A stretch of DNA of 64,000 bases, from the NCBI RefSeq assembly GCF_054482525.1, contig NZ_CM137006.1; one strand, written 5' to 3'. The translations under genes were made by a program, and so were the position numbers. The notes beneath the pieces are model-generated. The model was not told where the DNA came from. It searched no databases and saw only the letters and a list, made by a program, of their open reading frames with translations. Below are positions 34,290 to 45,896 of this stretch, one piece after another. The stretch's first letter is position 1. Every line of letters begins with the position of its first letter.

Positions 34290-36161
34290 TTATCTACGCA
34301 TGAATGCGTATTCTGATTGTGGTTGTGCGACGTAATGCCCCGGCCCGACGCATTGCAACGAGACGGCTGCAACCTCTTCGCCACGCAGATGAATATTGCT
34401 GGGAAGATCGTCCGACAGCAGTACACGCTGCGGTCGTTGTCGGGACGGTTCAGCGACCGGAACTGCCGCCAGTAATTTACGCGTATAAGGATGCTGCGGG
34501 TTTTCGAAGACCGCGCGCCGTGGACCAATTTCAACAATTTGTCCGAGATACATCACCGCCACACGATGACTAATCCGCTCTACCACGGCCATATCGTGGG
34601 AGATAAACAGATACGCAATGCCGAAATCACGCTGGAGATCGAGCAACAAGTTGATAATCTGCCCGCGAATAGATACATCCAGCGCCGAGACGGCTTCGTC
34701 GGCAATGATCACTTTCGGATTCAATGCCAACGCGCGAGCAATGCAGATGCGCTGGCGCTGACCGCCGGAAAACTCATGCGGGTAACGCCAGGCATGTTCA
34801 GGTAACAGGCCCACGCGCTCCAGCAACCACGCAACGCGTGCAGCCGCTTCTTTACCTGGCAATAAACCGTGTACGCGCAGCGGTTCGATAATCGAATCAC
34901 CGATGGTCTGACGTGGGTCCAGCGAAGCGTAAGGGTCCTGAAAAATAAACTGAATATCGCGGCGCAATGCCTGAAGTTTACCGGATGACAAGGTATCGAT
35001 TCGCTGACCGTTAAAGATAATTTCGCCGCCCTGCGATTCGACCAGGCGCAGCAACGCCCGCCCGGTAGTGGATTTACCGCTGCCAGACTCGCCCACCAGC
35101 GATAGCGTTTCGCCAGGCCAGAGATCAAAACTGACTTTCTCAACGGCATGCACTTCCCGCGTTACGCGATTCAACAAACCGCTGCGCAAAGGGAAACGGG
35201 TGACCAGATTACGCACCCGTAAAACAGGTTCGCCATCCACCACCGTTTTCTGCTCGATGGGTGGTTCCTGTTTCGCTGGATGTTCAAGCGATATCAATGG
35301 GAAACGTCGGGGATAATCTAACCCTTTCATCGCACCAAGTTGCGGAACAGCAGCTAACAGCGCACGGGTGTAAGGATGTTGCGGTGCATGAAAAATCTGT
35401 TCGACGGTACCCGTTTCCACCGCCTCGCCCTGATACATCACCAGTACCCGATCGGCAATCTCTGCCACCACGCCCATATCGTGAGTGATAAAGATAACGC
35501 CCATCGACATCTCTTTTTGCAATACTTTGATTAATTGCAGGATCTGCGCCTGAATAGTGACATCCAGCGCGGTGGTTGGCTCATCGACAATCAGCACCGC
35601 CGGGCGGCATGACAGTGCCATCGCAATCATCACTCGCTGGCGCATCCCGCCAGAGAGTTGATGCGGATAACGTGAAAGAATGGTTTGTGCCTCCGGAATG
35701 CGTACCTGATCCAGCATCCGCTTCGCCTCGACCATCGCCTCTTCACGACTGGCGTTCTGATGCAGACGAATTGATTCGGCAATCTGTTCACCCACAGTAA
35801 ATACCGGGTTCAGCGATGTCATCGGTTCCTGAAATATCATCGCCATATCCGCACCGCGCACATGGCGCATTTGTGCAGCGCTCTGCTCGATAAGTTCAAT
35901 CACTTCGCGACTGCGCCGCCGCAACAGCATTTTATCGCACTGTACTAAACCGCCCGCCTGTTCCAACAGACGCATCAATGCCAGCGCAGTCACTGACTTA
36001 CCGGAGCCGGATTCGCCAACAATTGCCAGCGTCTCACCGCGTTGCAGGCTAAAAGAGAGATTGCGGACCGCAGCTATTTTCTGCTGGTCCTGCATAAAGG
36101 CAATATTCAGATTTTCAACCGCCAGCACATCACCGGCATCAAGTTCATCACTGTGTGGCAA
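34290..36161 (-). CDS. gsiA: Glutathione ABC transporter ATP-binding protein GsiA (duplicated ABC domains)
   Basis: Two Walker A and two ABC signature motifs; 623 aa if initiated at TTG 36161 (no in-frame ATG nearby); start overlaps the iaaA 3' end. Confidence 0.85.
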   Translation of the reverse strand: MPHSDELDAGDVLAVENLNIAFMQDQQKIAAVRNLSFSLQRGETLAIVGESGSGKSVTALALMRLLEQAGGLVQCDKMLLRRRSREVIELIEQSAAQMRHVRGADMAMIFQEPMTSLNPVFTVGEQIAESIRLHQNASREEAMVEAKRMLDQVRIPEAQTILSRYPHQLSGGMRQRVMIAMALSCRPAVLIVDEPTTALDVTIQAQILQLIKVLQKEMSMGVIFITHDMGVVAEIADRVLVMYQGEAVETGTVEQIFHAPQHPYTRALLAAVPQLGAMKGLDYPRRFPLISLEHPAKQEPPIEQKTVVDGEPVLRVRNLVTRFPLRSGLLNRVTREVHAVEKVSFDLWPGETLSLVGESGSGKSTTGRALLRLVESQGGEIIFNGQRIDTLSSGKLQALRRDIQFIFQDPYASLDPRQTIGDSIIEPLRVHGLLPGKEAAARVAWLLERVGLLPEHAWRYPHEFSGGQRQRICIARALALNPKVIIADEAVSALDVSIRGQIINLLLDLQRDFGIAYLFISHDMAVVERISHRVAVMYLGQIVEIGPRRAVFENPQHPYTRKLLAAVPVAEPSRQRPQRVLLSDDLPSNIHLRGEEVAAVSLQCVGPGHYVAQPQSEYAFMRR

Positions 36162-37113
36162 CGGTGTCCCCTTTTTCACGGTAGATACCGGTGGTTGGCG
36201 TATCGCCTGCGTAGCCCCAGGCGCGATACATTCCTTCGGTGTTAAACGGTAGCGCGACGTTACCTTCATGGTCGATAGCGATTAAGCCACCGCTACCGCC
36301 AAGCGCAGGGAGTTTTTCCATTACTACCCGCTCGCAGGCTTCCGCGAGACTTAATCCGCCGTAATCCATTAACGCGGCGATGTCATATGCCGCCAGCGCG
36401 CGGATGAAGACTTCGCCCGTGCCGGTACATGAAACCGCCACACTGGCGTTATTGGCGTAGCATCCGGCCCCCACTAAGGGACTATCGCCAACTCGTCCGG
36501 GTAATTTATTGGTCATTCCGCCCGTGGACGTGGCTGCCGCCAGATTGCCGTCTAAATCCAACGCCACGGCCCCCACGGTGCCCATTTTCTGTTTTTCATC
36601 CAGTGGCGCACCGCTATGGTCGAGAACCATTGCCCCTTCCTCGCGCGCTGCCAGTAGTTGTTCATAACGCAAAGGCGTGGAGAAAATCTCCGGCGAGACG
36701 CGCTCCATGCCATGAGCAGACGCAAAATTTTCTGCCCCTTCGCCAATCATCATCACATGCGGGCTCTGCTCCATCACCAGCCGGGCGGCAAGAACCGGAT
36801 TACGCAGATGACTAACGCCCGCCACCGCACCGGCTTTCAGGGTGTTACCATCCATCACACAGGCGTCCAGTTCATGGGTTTCATCACGCGTAAAGACAGC
36901 GCCAATTCCGGCGTTAAACAGTGGACACTCTTCCAGCAGACGCACCGCTTCCGTCACCACATCCAGCGCACTTTCGCCCGCTTCCAGCATTTTCTGCCCG
37001 GTTTCAACAATGGCAGACAGCGCCTCGATGTAGCGTAATTCCTGTTGCAGACTCATCTGCGCGCGGCTAATTGCACCTGCGCCGCCATGAATTGCAATGA
37101 CTGCTTTGCCCAT
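36148..37113 (-). CDS. iaaA: Isoaspartyl dipeptidase / L-asparaginase IaaA (Ntn hydrolase)
   Basis: 321 aa; [13 protein letters not shown]... Ntn-hydrolase family. Confidence 0.9.
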   Translation of the reverse strand: MGKAVIAIHGGAGAISRAQMSLQQELRYIEALSAIVETGQKMLEAGESALDVVTEAVRLLEECPLFNAGIGAVFTRDETHELDACVMDGNTLKAGAVAGVSHLRNPVLAARLVMEQSPHVMMIGEGAENFASAHGMERVSPEIFSTPLRYEQLLAAREEGAMVLDHSGAPLDEKQKMGTVGAVALDLDGNLAAATSTGGMTNKLPGRVGDSPLVGAGCYANNASVAVSCTGTGEVFIRALAAYDIAALMDYGGLSLAEACERVVMEKLPALGGSGGLIAIDHEGNVALPFNTEGMYRAWGYAGDTPTTGIYREKGDTVATQ

Positions 37114-37316
37114 AGTATTCGTCCATTAAGGGTGGCTCGCCACTTTTGCTATAAATATCAGAATTTTTATGAATTACTCATTCAATTTTTGAATATAGAA
37201 AGATGGATATGGCATGTAAAGGCAGGAGCCAGCGCTACGCCCGAGGTGGCATACAGTCTGTGGCGTTTTTCTGACATAATAGGCAAATTCGATTTTGCCT
37301 CCGCAGGAGTGTTTTC

Positions 37317-38552
37317 ATGGAATTTACCACCGGATTGATGTCGCTCGACACCGCGCTTAATGAGATGCTTTCTCGCGTTACCCCACTGACCGCCCAGGAA
37401 ACGCTGCCACTGGTACAGTGTTTTGGTCGTATTCTGGCGAGCGATGTCGTTTCGCCACTGGATGTCCCGGGGTTTGATAACTCCGCTATGGACGGCTACG
37501 CGGTGCGTTTAGCCGATATAGCCTCCGGGCAACCGCTGCCCGTTGCCGGTAAATCCTTTGCCGGTCAGCCGTACCATGGTGAATGGCCTGCGGGTACCTG
37601 CATTCGTATTATGACCGGTGCGCCGGTGCCAGAAGGCTGCGAAGCGGTGGTGATGCAGGAACAGACTGAACAAACGGACAATGGCGTGCGTTTTACTGCT
37701 GAAGTGCGTAGCGGGCAAAATATTCGCCGTCGCGGTGAAGATATCTCTGCGGGTGCGGTTGTTTTCCCGGCGGGGACTCGCCTGACTACCGCAGAGCTGC
37801 CAGTAATTGCTTCACTGGGGATTGCCGAAGTTCCGGTGATTAGTAAAGTGCGTGTAGCGCTGTTTTCTACCGGTGATGAACTCCAGTTGCCAGGCCAGCC
37901 GCTGGGCGACGGCCAAATCTACGATACCAACCGTCTCGCCGTACACCTGATGTTAGAACAGCTGGGATGCGAGGTAATCAACTTAGGGATTATCCGCGAC
38001 GATCCCCATGCCTTGCGCGCCGCATTTATTGAAGCCGATAGCCAGGCGGATGTGGTGATCAGTTCCGGCGGTGTTTCAGTGGGGGAAGCGGATTACACCA
38101 AAACCATTCTTGAAGAGCTGGGGGAGATCGCCTTCTGGAAGCTGGCGATTAAACCAGGTAAACCTTTCGCGTTCGGAAAACTCAGCAATAGTTGGTTCTG
38201 CGGCCTGCCGGGCAACCCGGTTTCAGCAACGCTGACCTTCTATCAACTGGTACAGCCATTGCTGGCAAAACTAAGCGGCAACACCGCCAGCGGCCTGCCC
38301 GCGCGCCAGCGTGTGCGCACGGCATCGCCTCTGAAGAAATCGCCAGGACGCCTTGATTTCCAGCGCGGCGTGCTGCAACGCAACGCCGATGGCGAACTGG
38401 AAGTGACGACCACCGGACATCAGGGTTCACATATATTTAGCTCCTTTAGCCTCGGCAACTGCTTTATCGTACTGGAGCGCGAGCGCGGCAATGTGGAAGT
38501 GGGCGAATGGGTGGAAGTAGAACCGTTTAACGCGTTGTTCGGAGGCCTGTAA
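37317..38552 (+). CDS. moeA: Molybdopterin molybdenumtransferase MoeA
   Basis: 411 aa. Confidence 0.92.
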   Translation: MEFTTGLMSLDTALNEMLSRVTPLTAQETLPLVQCFGRILASDVVSPLDVPGFDNSAMDGYAVRLADIASGQPLPVAGKSFAGQPYHGEWPAGTCIRIMTGAPVPEGCEAVVMQEQTEQTDNGVRFTAEVRSGQNIRRRGEDISAGAVVFPAGTRLTTAELPVIASLGIAEVPVISKVRVALFSTGDELQLPGQPLGDGQIYDTNRLAVHLMLEQLGCEVINLGIIRDDPHALRAAFIEADSQADVVISSGGVSVGEADYTKTILEELGEIAFWKLAIKPGKPFAFGKLSNSWFCGLPGNPVSATLTFYQLVQPLLAKLSGNTASGLPARQRVRTASPLKKSPGRLDFQRGVLQRNADGELEVTTTGHQGSHIFSSFSLGNCFIVLERERGNVEVGEWVEVEPFNALFGGL

Positions 38553-39301
38553 TGGCGGAACTCAGCGATCAGGAGATGCTGCGCTACAACCGGCAAATCA
38601 TCCTGCGCGGTTTTGATTTTGACGGTCAGGAGGCGCTAAAAGATTCTCGAGTGCTGATCGTCGGCCTCGGTGGACTCGGCTGCGCAGCTTCGCAGTATCT
38701 GGCAAGCGCCGGTGTCGGCAACCTGACGCTGCTCGACTTCGACACGGTTTCGCTCTCCAATCTGCAACGCCAGACGCTGCACAGTGATGCCACGGTCGGG
38801 CAACCGAAAGTGGAATCCGCCCGTGACGCCCTGACGCGGATCAACCCACATATCGCGATTACACCCGTCAATGCACTGCTAGATGACGCAGAACTTGCAG
38901 CATTGATTGCTGAACACGATCTGGTGCTCGACTGTACGGATAACGTTGCGGTACGCAATCAACTGAACGCAGGCTGTTTTGCCGCGAAGGTGCCGCTGGT
39001 TTCCGGCGCGGCAATTCGTATGGAAGGTCAAATCACGGTCTTCACTTATCAGGACGGCGAGCCTTGCTATCGCTGCCTTAGCCGTTTGTTTGGCGAGAAC
39101 GCGTTAACCTGCGTAGAAGCAGGCGTGATGGCACCGTTGATCGGCGTAATTGGTTCGTTGCAGGCAATGGAAGCGATCAAACTGCTGGCAGGTTATGGCA
39201 AACCGGCCAGCGGGAAAATCGTCATGTACGATGCGATGACCTGTCAGTTTCGCGAAATGAAACTGATGCGTAATCCGGGGTGTGAGGTGTGCGGGCAGTA
39301 A
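38552..39301 (+). CDS. moeB: Molybdopterin-synthase adenylyltransferase MoeB
   Basis: 249 aa; ThiF/MoeB fold (GLGGLG) and C-terminal CxxC pairs; ATG overlaps the moeA TAA. Confidence 0.92.
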   Translation: MAELSDQEMLRYNRQIILRGFDFDGQEALKDSRVLIVGLGGLGCAASQYLASAGVGNLTLLDFDTVSLSNLQRQTLHSDATVGQPKVESARDALTRINPHIAITPVNALLDDAELAALIAEHDLVLDCTDNVAVRNQLNAGCFAAKVPLVSGAAIRMEGQITVFTYQDGEPCYRCLSRLFGENALTCVEAGVMAPLIGVIGSLQAMEAIKLLAGYGKPASGKIVMYDAMTCQFREMKLMRNPGCEVCGQ

Positions 39302-39387
39302 TTGCCACCTCAGGCCAGATAAGACGTAGCAGGCATCGGTGCACTCCGCCACGTCATCAGCAATTTATGAGGATGCAGAACGTCCGG

Positions 39388-40050
39388 TTAAATCGACGTT
39401 CTGCCAAACGCTCCCTGCCAGTCCTGCTCAAACTTCGCCACTGCGGCATCAACCGCCGGATAGCTAATCATCTGTTGTGCCACATCCAGCGGCAGAGTAA
39501 TTGATTCACATCCTGCCAGTAAGCAGTCCAGAGCCTGACGCGGGGTTTTGAAACTCGCTGCCAGCACTTTCGCCTGCGGCGCATGCATTTTCAATAACTG
39601 GTGTAAGTCGGTCACAGTCTGAATACCGCAACCGCCCTGAGCATCAATACGGTTGACGTAAGGCGCAACATATTCCGCACCTGCCAGCGCCGACAGCAGC
39701 CCTTGTGCCGCGCCATATACCGCGGTTCCCAGCGTCGGAATCCCTTCCGCTTTTAACATCTTAATAGCTGCCAGCCCCTCGGCGGTCACCGGAACTTTCA
39801 CCACGATATCCGCAATAATAGAGCGCAGCTTACGCGCGTCATTCACCATCCCTTCAGCAGTGGTAGCCATTACCTGGGCAAACAGACGCCCCTGACCGCC
39901 CATCGCTTCATGAAGTTCCGGAAGCACAACCTCCAGCGGTTTTTTACCCGCGGCGATAATGCTTGGGTTAGTGGTCACACCCGCCAGCGGAAAAATACGT
40001 GACAGCGCCTTCACCGCAACAACGTCTGAAGTATCCAGATACAGTTCCAT
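39388..40050 (-). CDS. fsaA: Fructose-6-phosphate aldolase 1
   Basis: 220 aa from MELYLDTSD; transaldolase-like fold. Confidence 0.9.
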   Translation of the reverse strand: MELYLDTSDVVAVKALSRIFPLAGVTTNPSIIAAGKKPLEVVLPELHEAMGGQGRLFAQVMATTAEGMVNDARKLRSIIADIVVKVPVTAEGLAAIKMLKAEGIPTLGTAVYGAAQGLLSALAGAEYVAPYVNRIDAQGGCGIQTVTDLHQLLKMHAPQAKVLAASFKTPRQALDCLLAGCESITLPLDVAQQMISYPAVDAAVAKFEQDWQGAFGRTSI

Positions 40051-40180
40051 AACCATCCTCAAAATGTACTTTTTGTCTGAATGTAGACTATCACGGGAAA
40101 ACTCTCTGAACAGTTGACGCACATCAATCTAACTTTCATTCGAAAGTATTTTAATGTTTGAACGAAACAGAGAGGCAACT

Positions 40181-41080
40181 ATGATTTTCAATATTCAGCG
40201 CTACTCGACCCATGATGGCCCCGGTATCCGCACGGTCGTATTTCTTAAAGGCTGTTCGCTGGGCTGCCGCTGGTGTCAGAACCCGGAAAGCCGCGCCCGC
40301 ACGCAAGATCTGCTGTATGACGCACGACTGTGTCTGGAAGGCTGCGAGCTGTGCGCTAAGGCCGCGCCGGAAGTGATTGAGCGCGCGCTGAATGGTTTGC
40401 TTATTCATCGGGAAAAGTTAACCCCGGAGCATCTGACGGCGTTAACCGACTGCTGTCCGACACAGGCGTTAACCGTGTGTGGTGAAGTGAAAAGCGTTGA
40501 GGAGATCATGGCGACCGTTTTGCGCGATAAACCGTTTTACGATCGCAGCGGCGGCGGCTTAACGCTTTCCGGCGGTGAACCATTCATGCAGCCGGAAATG
40601 GCGACGGCGCTGCTGCAAGCCAGCCACGAGGCCGGCATTCATACTGCGGTAGAAACCTGTCTGCATGTGCCGTGGAAATATATCGCCCCTTCTCTGCCCT
40701 ATATCGATCTGTTTCTTGCCGATTTAAAACACGTTGCCGACGCGCCGTTTAAACAGTGGACCGACGGTAACGCCGCCAGAGTGCTGGATAACCTGAAAAA
40801 ACTCGCCGCAGCGGGCAAAAAAATCATTATCCGCGTGCCGCTGATTCAGGGCTTTAATGCCGACGAAACCTCTGTAAAAGCCATTACCGATTTTGCCGCC
40901 GACGAGCTGCACGTTAGCGAAATTCATTTCCTGCCCTACCACACGCTGGGCATCAACAAATATCACTTACTTAATCTGCCCTATGACGCCCCGGAACAAC
41001 CGCTTGATGCGCCAGAACTGCTCGACTTTGCCCAGCAGTATGCCTGCCAGAAAGGGTTAACCGCGACCTTACGAGGATAA
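40181..41080 (+). CDS. ybiY: Glycyl-radical enzyme activase YbiY (PflE)
   Basis: Radical-SAM activase with Cys clusters; ATG 40181 has a GAGAGG ribosome-binding site (299 aa), while the upstream ATG 40154 (308 aa) has none. Confidence 0.8.
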   Translation: MIFNIQRYSTHDGPGIRTVVFLKGCSLGCRWCQNPESRARTQDLLYDARLCLEGCELCAKAAPEVIERALNGLLIHREKLTPEHLTALTDCCPTQALTVCGEVKSVEEIMATVLRDKPFYDRSGGGLTLSGGEPFMQPEMATALLQASHEAGIHTAVETCLHVPWKYIAPSLPYIDLFLADLKHVADAPFKQWTDGNAARVLDNLKKLAAAGKKIIIRVPLIQGFNADETSVKAITDFAADELHVSEIHFLPYHTLGINKYHLLNLPYDAPEQPLDAPELLDFAQQYACQKGLTATLRG

Positions 41081-41085
41081 CAACC

Positions 41086-43518
41086 ATGACCACACTGAAA
41101 CTGGACACGCTCAGCGACCGCATTAAAGCGCACAAAAATGCGCTGGTGCATATTGTGAAACCGCCGGTCTGTACCGAGCGCGCGCAGCACTATACCGAGA
41201 TGTATCAACAACATCTCGATAAGCCGATCCCGGTACGTCGCGCGCTGGCACTGGCGCATCACCTGGCGAATCGCACCATCTGGATCAAGCACGATGAGTT
41301 GATCATTGGCAACCAGGCAAGCGAAGTTCGCGCCGCGCCGATCTTCCCGGAATATACCGTCTCCTGGATCGAAAAAGAGATTGATGATCTGGCAGACCGT
41401 CCCGGTGCTGGCTTTGCGGTGAGCGAAGAGAACAAACGCGTTCTGCATGAAGTGTGCCCGTGGTGGCGCGGTCAGACCGTACAGGATCGCTGCTACGGCA
41501 TGTTTACCGATGAGCAAAAAGGTCTGCTGGCGACCGGCATCATTAAAGCGGAAGGCAATATGACCTCCGGCGATGCGCACCTGGCGGTCAATTTCCCGCT
41601 GCTGCTGGAAAAAGGGCTTGATGGTCTGCGCGAGAAAGTAGCGGAACGTCGCTCGCGCATCAACCTGACGGTGCTGGAAGATTTACATGGCGAGCAATTC
41701 CTGAAAGCGATTGATATCGTGCTGGTAGCGGTCAGTGAACACATTGAACGTTTCGCTGCCCTGGCGCGTGAAATGGCCGCGACCGAAACTCGCGAAAGCC
41801 GTCGCGATGAGCTGCTGGCGATAGCAGAAAACTGCGATCTTATCGCCCACCAACCGCCGCAGACTTTCTGGCAGGCGCTGCAACTGTGTTACTTCATCCA
41901 GTTGATTTTGCAGATCGAATCTAACGGTCACTCCGTATCTTTTGGTCGTATGGACCAGTATCTGTACCCGTATTATCGTCGCGACGTTGAACTCAACCAG
42001 ACGCTGGATCGCGAACACGCCATCGAGATGCTGCATAGCTGCTGGCTGAAACTGCTGGAAGTGAACAAGATCCGCTCCGGCTCACACTCAAAAGCCTCTG
42101 CGGGAAGTCCGCTGTATCAGAACGTCACTATTGGCGGGCAAAATCTGGTTGATGGTCAACCAATGGACGCGGTGAATCCACTCTCTTACGCGATCCTCGA
42201 ATCCTGCGGTCGCCTGCGTTCCACTCAGCCTAACCTCAGCGTGCGTTACCATGCAGGAATGAGCAACGATTTCCTCGACGCCTGCGTACAGGTGATCCGT
42301 TGCGGCTTCGGGATGCCGGCGTTCAACAACGACGAAATCGTGATCCCGGAATTTATTAAACTCGGTATTGAACCGCAGGACGCTTACGACTATGCAGCGA
42401 TTGGTTGTATCGAAACCGCCGTCGGTGGCAAATGGGGCTATCGCTGTACCGGCATGAGCTTTATCAACTTCGCCCGCGTGATGCTGGCGGCGCTGGAAGG
42501 CGGTCGTGATGCCACCAGCGGCAAAGTGTTCCTGCCACAAGAAAAAGCGTTGTCGGCGGGTAACTTCAACAACTTCGATGAAGTAATGGACGCATGGGAT
42601 ACGCAAATCCGTTACTACACGCGTAAATCAATCGAAATCGAATATGTCGTTGACACCATGCTGGAAGAGAACGTGCACGATATTCTCTGCTCGGCGCTGG
42701 TGGATGACTGTATTGAGCGAGCGAAAAGTATCAAGCAAGGCGGCGCGAAATATGACTGGGTTTCTGGCCTGCAGGTTGGCATTGCCAACCTCGGCAACAG
42801 CCTGGCGGCAGTGAAGAAACTGGTGTTTGAACAGGGCGCGATTGGTCAGCAACAGCTGGCTGCCGCACTGGCGGATGACTTCGACGGCCTGACTCACGAG
42901 CAACTGCGTCAGCGGCTGATTAACGGCGCGCCGAAGTACGGCAACGACGATGATACTGTCGATACGCTGCTAGCTCGCGCTTATCAGACCTATATCGACG
43001 AACTGAAACAGTACCATAATCCGCGCTACGGTCGTGGTCCGGTTGGCGGCAACTATTACGCGGGTACGTCATCTATCTCCGCTAACGTACCGTTTGGCGC
43101 GCAGACTATGGCAACGCCGGACGGGCGTAAAGCCCACACCCCGCTGGCAGAAGGCGCAAGCCCGGCCTCCGGTACTGACCATCTTGGCCCTACCGCGGTC
43201 ATTGGCTCGGTGGGTAAACTGCCTACGGCAGCGATTCTCGGCGGCGTGTTGCTCAACCAGAAACTGAATCCGGCAACGCTGGAGAACGAATCTGACAAGC
43301 AGAAGCTGATGATCCTGCTGCGCACCTTCTTCGAGGTGCATAAAGGCTGGCATATTCAGTACAACATCGTTTCCCGCGAGACGCTGCTGGAGGCGAAAAA
43401 ACATCCCGATCAGTATCGCGATCTGGTAGTGCGCGTCGCGGGCTATTCCGCCTTCTTCACCGCGCTCTCTCCAGACGCACAGGACGATATCATCGCCCGT
43501 ACTGAACATATGCTGTAA
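41086..43518 (+). CDS. ybiW: Glycyl-radical enzyme YbiW (PflF; pyruvate formate-lyase-like)
   Basis: 810 aa; C-terminal glycyl-radical motif RVAGYSAFF. Confidence 0.9.
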   Translation: MTTLKLDTLSDRIKAHKNALVHIVKPPVCTERAQHYTEMYQQHLDKPIPVRRALALAHHLANRTIWIKHDELIIGNQASEVRAAPIFPEYTVSWIEKEIDDLADRPGAGFAVSEENKRVLHEVCPWWRGQTVQDRCYGMFTDEQKGLLATGIIKAEGNMTSGDAHLAVNFPLLLEKGLDGLREKVAERRSRINLTVLEDLHGEQFLKAIDIVLVAVSEHIERFAALAREMAATETRESRRDELLAIAENCDLIAHQPPQTFWQALQLCYFIQLILQIESNGHSVSFGRMDQYLYPYYRRDVELNQTLDREHAIEMLHSCWLKLLEVNKIRSGSHSKASAGSPLYQNVTIGGQNLVDGQPMDAVNPLSYAILESCGRLRSTQPNLSVRYHAGMSNDFLDACVQVIRCGFGMPAFNNDEIVIPEFIKLGIEPQDAYDYAAIGCIETAVGGKWGYRCTGMSFINFARVMLAALEGGRDATSGKVFLPQEKALSAGNFNNFDEVMDAWDTQIRYYTRKSIEIEYVVDTMLEENVHDILCSALVDDCIERAKSIKQGGAKYDWVSGLQVGIANLGNSLAAVKKLVFEQGAIGQQQLAAALADDFDGLTHEQLRQRLINGAPKYGNDDDTVDTLLARAYQTYIDELKQYHNPRYGRGPVGGNYYAGTSSISANVPFGAQTMATPDGRKAHTPLAEGASPASGTDHLGPTAVIGSVGKLPTAAILGGVLLNQKLNPATLENESDKQKLMILLRTFFEVHKGWHIQYNIVSRETLLEAKKHPDQYRDLVVRVAGYSAFFTALSPDAQDDIIARTEHML

Positions 43519-43526
43519 TCTCCTCG

Positions 43527-43549
43527 GCCCGGCGGCGTCGTCGCCGGGC
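43527..43549 (+). terminator. Hairpin downstream of ybiW
   Basis: gcccggcggcgtcgtcgccgggc. Confidence 0.5.
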
Positions 43550-43663
43550 TAAATCATTCACATAATCAATTCCATCCTTACTTTCATTCGAAATATAATT
43601 TGTGCTCTGCGTCACATTGTTATTACACTGTTACGGTTTCATTTTCGAGCCAGGAGCACACCT

Positions 43664-44479
43664 ATGAGCGTAAAAGTTATCGTCACAGACATGGACGGTA
43701 CTTTTCTTAACGACGCCAAAACGTACAACCAACCACGTTTTATGGCGCAATATCAGGAACTGAAAAAGCGCGGCATTGAGTTCGTTGTCGCTAGCGGTAA
43801 TCAGTATTACCAGCTTATTTCGTTCTTTCCTGAGCTAAAGGATGAGATCTCTTTTGTCGCGGAAAACGGCGCACTGGTTTACGAACATGGCAAGCAGTTG
43901 TTCCACGGCGAACTGACCCGACATGAATCGCGGATTGTGATTGGCGAGTTGCTAAAAGATAAGCAACTCAATTTTGTCGCCTGCGGTCTGCAAAGTGCAT
44001 ATGTCAGCGAAAACGCCCCCGAAGCATTCGTCGCACTGATGGCAAAACACTACCATCGCCTGAAACCTGTAAAAGATTATCAGGAGATTGACGACGTACT
44101 GTTCAAGTTTTCGCTCAACCTGCCGGATGAACAAATCCCGTTAGTGATCGACAAACTGCACATAGCGCTGGATGGCATTATGAAACCCGTTACCAGTGGT
44201 TTTGGCTTTATCGACCTGATTATTCCCGGTCTACATAAAGCAAACGGTATTTCGCGGTTACTGAAACGCTGGGATCTGTCACCGCAAAATGTGGTAGCGA
44301 TTGGCGACAGCGGTAACGATGCGGAGATGCTGAAAATGGCGCGTTATTCCTTTGCGATGGGCAATGCTGCGGAAAACATTAAACAAATCGCCCGTTACGC
44401 TACCGATGATAATAATCATGAAGGCGCGCTGAATGTGATTCAGGCGGTGCTGGATAACACATCCCCTTTTAACAGCTGA
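43664..44479 (+). CDS. ybiV: HAD-family sugar phosphatase YbiV (SupH)
   Basis: 271 aa; paralog of YbjI in the same window ([14 protein letters not shown]). Confidence 0.9.
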   Translation: MSVKVIVTDMDGTFLNDAKTYNQPRFMAQYQELKKRGIEFVVASGNQYYQLISFFPELKDEISFVAENGALVYEHGKQLFHGELTRHESRIVIGELLKDKQLNFVACGLQSAYVSENAPEAFVALMAKHYHRLKPVKDYQEIDDVLFKFSLNLPDEQIPLVIDKLHIALDGIMKPVTSGFGFIDLIIPGLHKANGISRLLKRWDLSPQNVVAIGDSGNDAEMLKMARYSFAMGNAAENIKQIARYATDDNNHEGALNVIQAVLDNTSPFNS

Positions 44480-44630
44480 CCTCTCTACCGGAGCCATGCG
44501 CTCCGGTTTTCCCTTCTTTTTACATCCTGTACATCACATCAAATCATTAAACTTGCATTAACTTATTTATAACTTATATTGTCACATGCAAATCATTATA
44601 GTTTCGAATGAAAGTTAATGCGAGGTGGTT

Positions 44631-45896
44631 ATGGCTTCTACTTTTACCAGCGACACATTGCCTGCCGATCACAAAGCAGCTATCCGTCAGATGAAGCACG
44701 CGCTGCGGGCACAGCTTGGCGACGTCCAGCAGATCTTTAATCAGCTAAGCGATGACATTGCTACGCGAGTGGCTGAAATCAACGCACTCAAAGCACAGGG
44801 CGATGCCGTCTGGCCGGTGCTGTCTTATGCCGATATCAAAGCAGGTCATGTTACTGCAGAGCAGCGCGAACAGATTAAACGTCGCGGTTGTGCGGTGATA
44901 AAAGGCCATTTCCCCCGCGAACAAGCGCTAGGCTGGGATCAGTCGATGCTGGACTATCTGGACCGCAACCGCTTTGACGAGGTCTACAAAGGCCCCGGCG
45001 ATAATTTCTTCGGGACGCTCAGCGCTTCACGTCCCGAGATTTACCCCATCTACTGGTCGCAGGCGCAAATGCAGGCTCGCCAGAGTGAAGAAATGGCGAA
45101 TGCGCAGTCGTTTCTCAATCGTCTGTGGACATTTGAAAGTGATGGAAAGCAATGGTTTAACCCGGATGTGAGCGTCATCTACCCTGACCGTATCCGCCGC
45201 CGTCCGCCCGGAACGACCTCCAAAGGTCTTGGAGCGCATACCGACTCCGGGGCACTGGAACGCTGGCTGCTTCCAGCGTATCAGCGCGTTTTCGCCAACG
45301 TCTTTAATGGCAATCTGGCGCAATATGATCCCTGGCATGCGGCACATCGTACGGAAGTTGAAGAGTACACGGTGGACAACACCACCAAATGTTCCGTGTT
45401 TCGGACATTCCAGGGCTGGACAGCGCTCTCTGATATGCTGCCTGGTCAGGGGCTGCTGCACGTCGTGCCTATTCCTGAAGCCATGGCGTACGTACTGTTA
45501 CGTCCGCTGCTTGATGATGTGCCGGAGGATGAACTGTGCGGCGTAGCGCCCGGAAGAGTATTGCCGGTATCAGAGCAATGGCATCCACTGTTGATTGAGG
45601 CGTTAACCAGCATTCCAAAACTCGAAGCCGGAGACTCCGTCTGGTGGCACTGCGACGTCATCCATTCCGTTGCCCCCGTTGAAAATCAACAGGGCTGGGG
45701 CAACGTGATGTACATTCCTGCGGCACCGATGTGCGAGAAAAATCTTGCCTACGCGCACAAGGTGAAGGCCGCACTGGAAAAAGGCGCATCGCCGGGCGAC
45801 TTCCCGCGCGAGGACTATGAAACAAACTGGGAAGGACGCTTTACGCTTGCCGACCTCAACATTCACGGTAAGCGAGCGTTGGGAATCGACAGCTGA
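44631..45896 (+). CDS. ybiU: DUF1479-family protein YbiU
   Basis: 421 aa from MASTFTSD; synteny. Confidence 0.85.
   Translation: MASTFTSDTLPADHKAAIRQMKHALRAQLGDVQQIFNQLSDDIATRVAEINALKAQGDAVWPVLSYADIKAGHVTAEQREQIKRRGCAVIKGHFPREQALGWDQSMLDYLDRNRFDEVYKGPGDNFFGTLSASRPEIYPIYWSQAQMQARQSEEMANAQSFLNRLWTFESDGKQWFNPDVSVIYPDRIRRRPPGTTSKGLGAHTDSGALERWLLPAYQRVFANVFNGNLAQYDPWHAAHRTEVEEYTVDNTTKCSVFRTFQGWTALSDMLPGQGLLHVVPIPEAMAYVLLRPLLDDVPEDELCGVAPGRVLPVSEQWHPLLIEALTSIPKLEAGDSVWWHCDVIHSVAPVENQQGWGNVMYIPAAPMCEKNLAYAHKVKAALEKGASPGDFPREDYETNWEGRFTLADLNIHGKRALGIDS

Noticed and set aside
37045-37338. 97-aa ORF in the iaaA-moeA divergent intergenic region
   Set aside because: It overlaps the moeA start and promoter region, is low-complexity, and has no ribosome-binding site; probably spurious.
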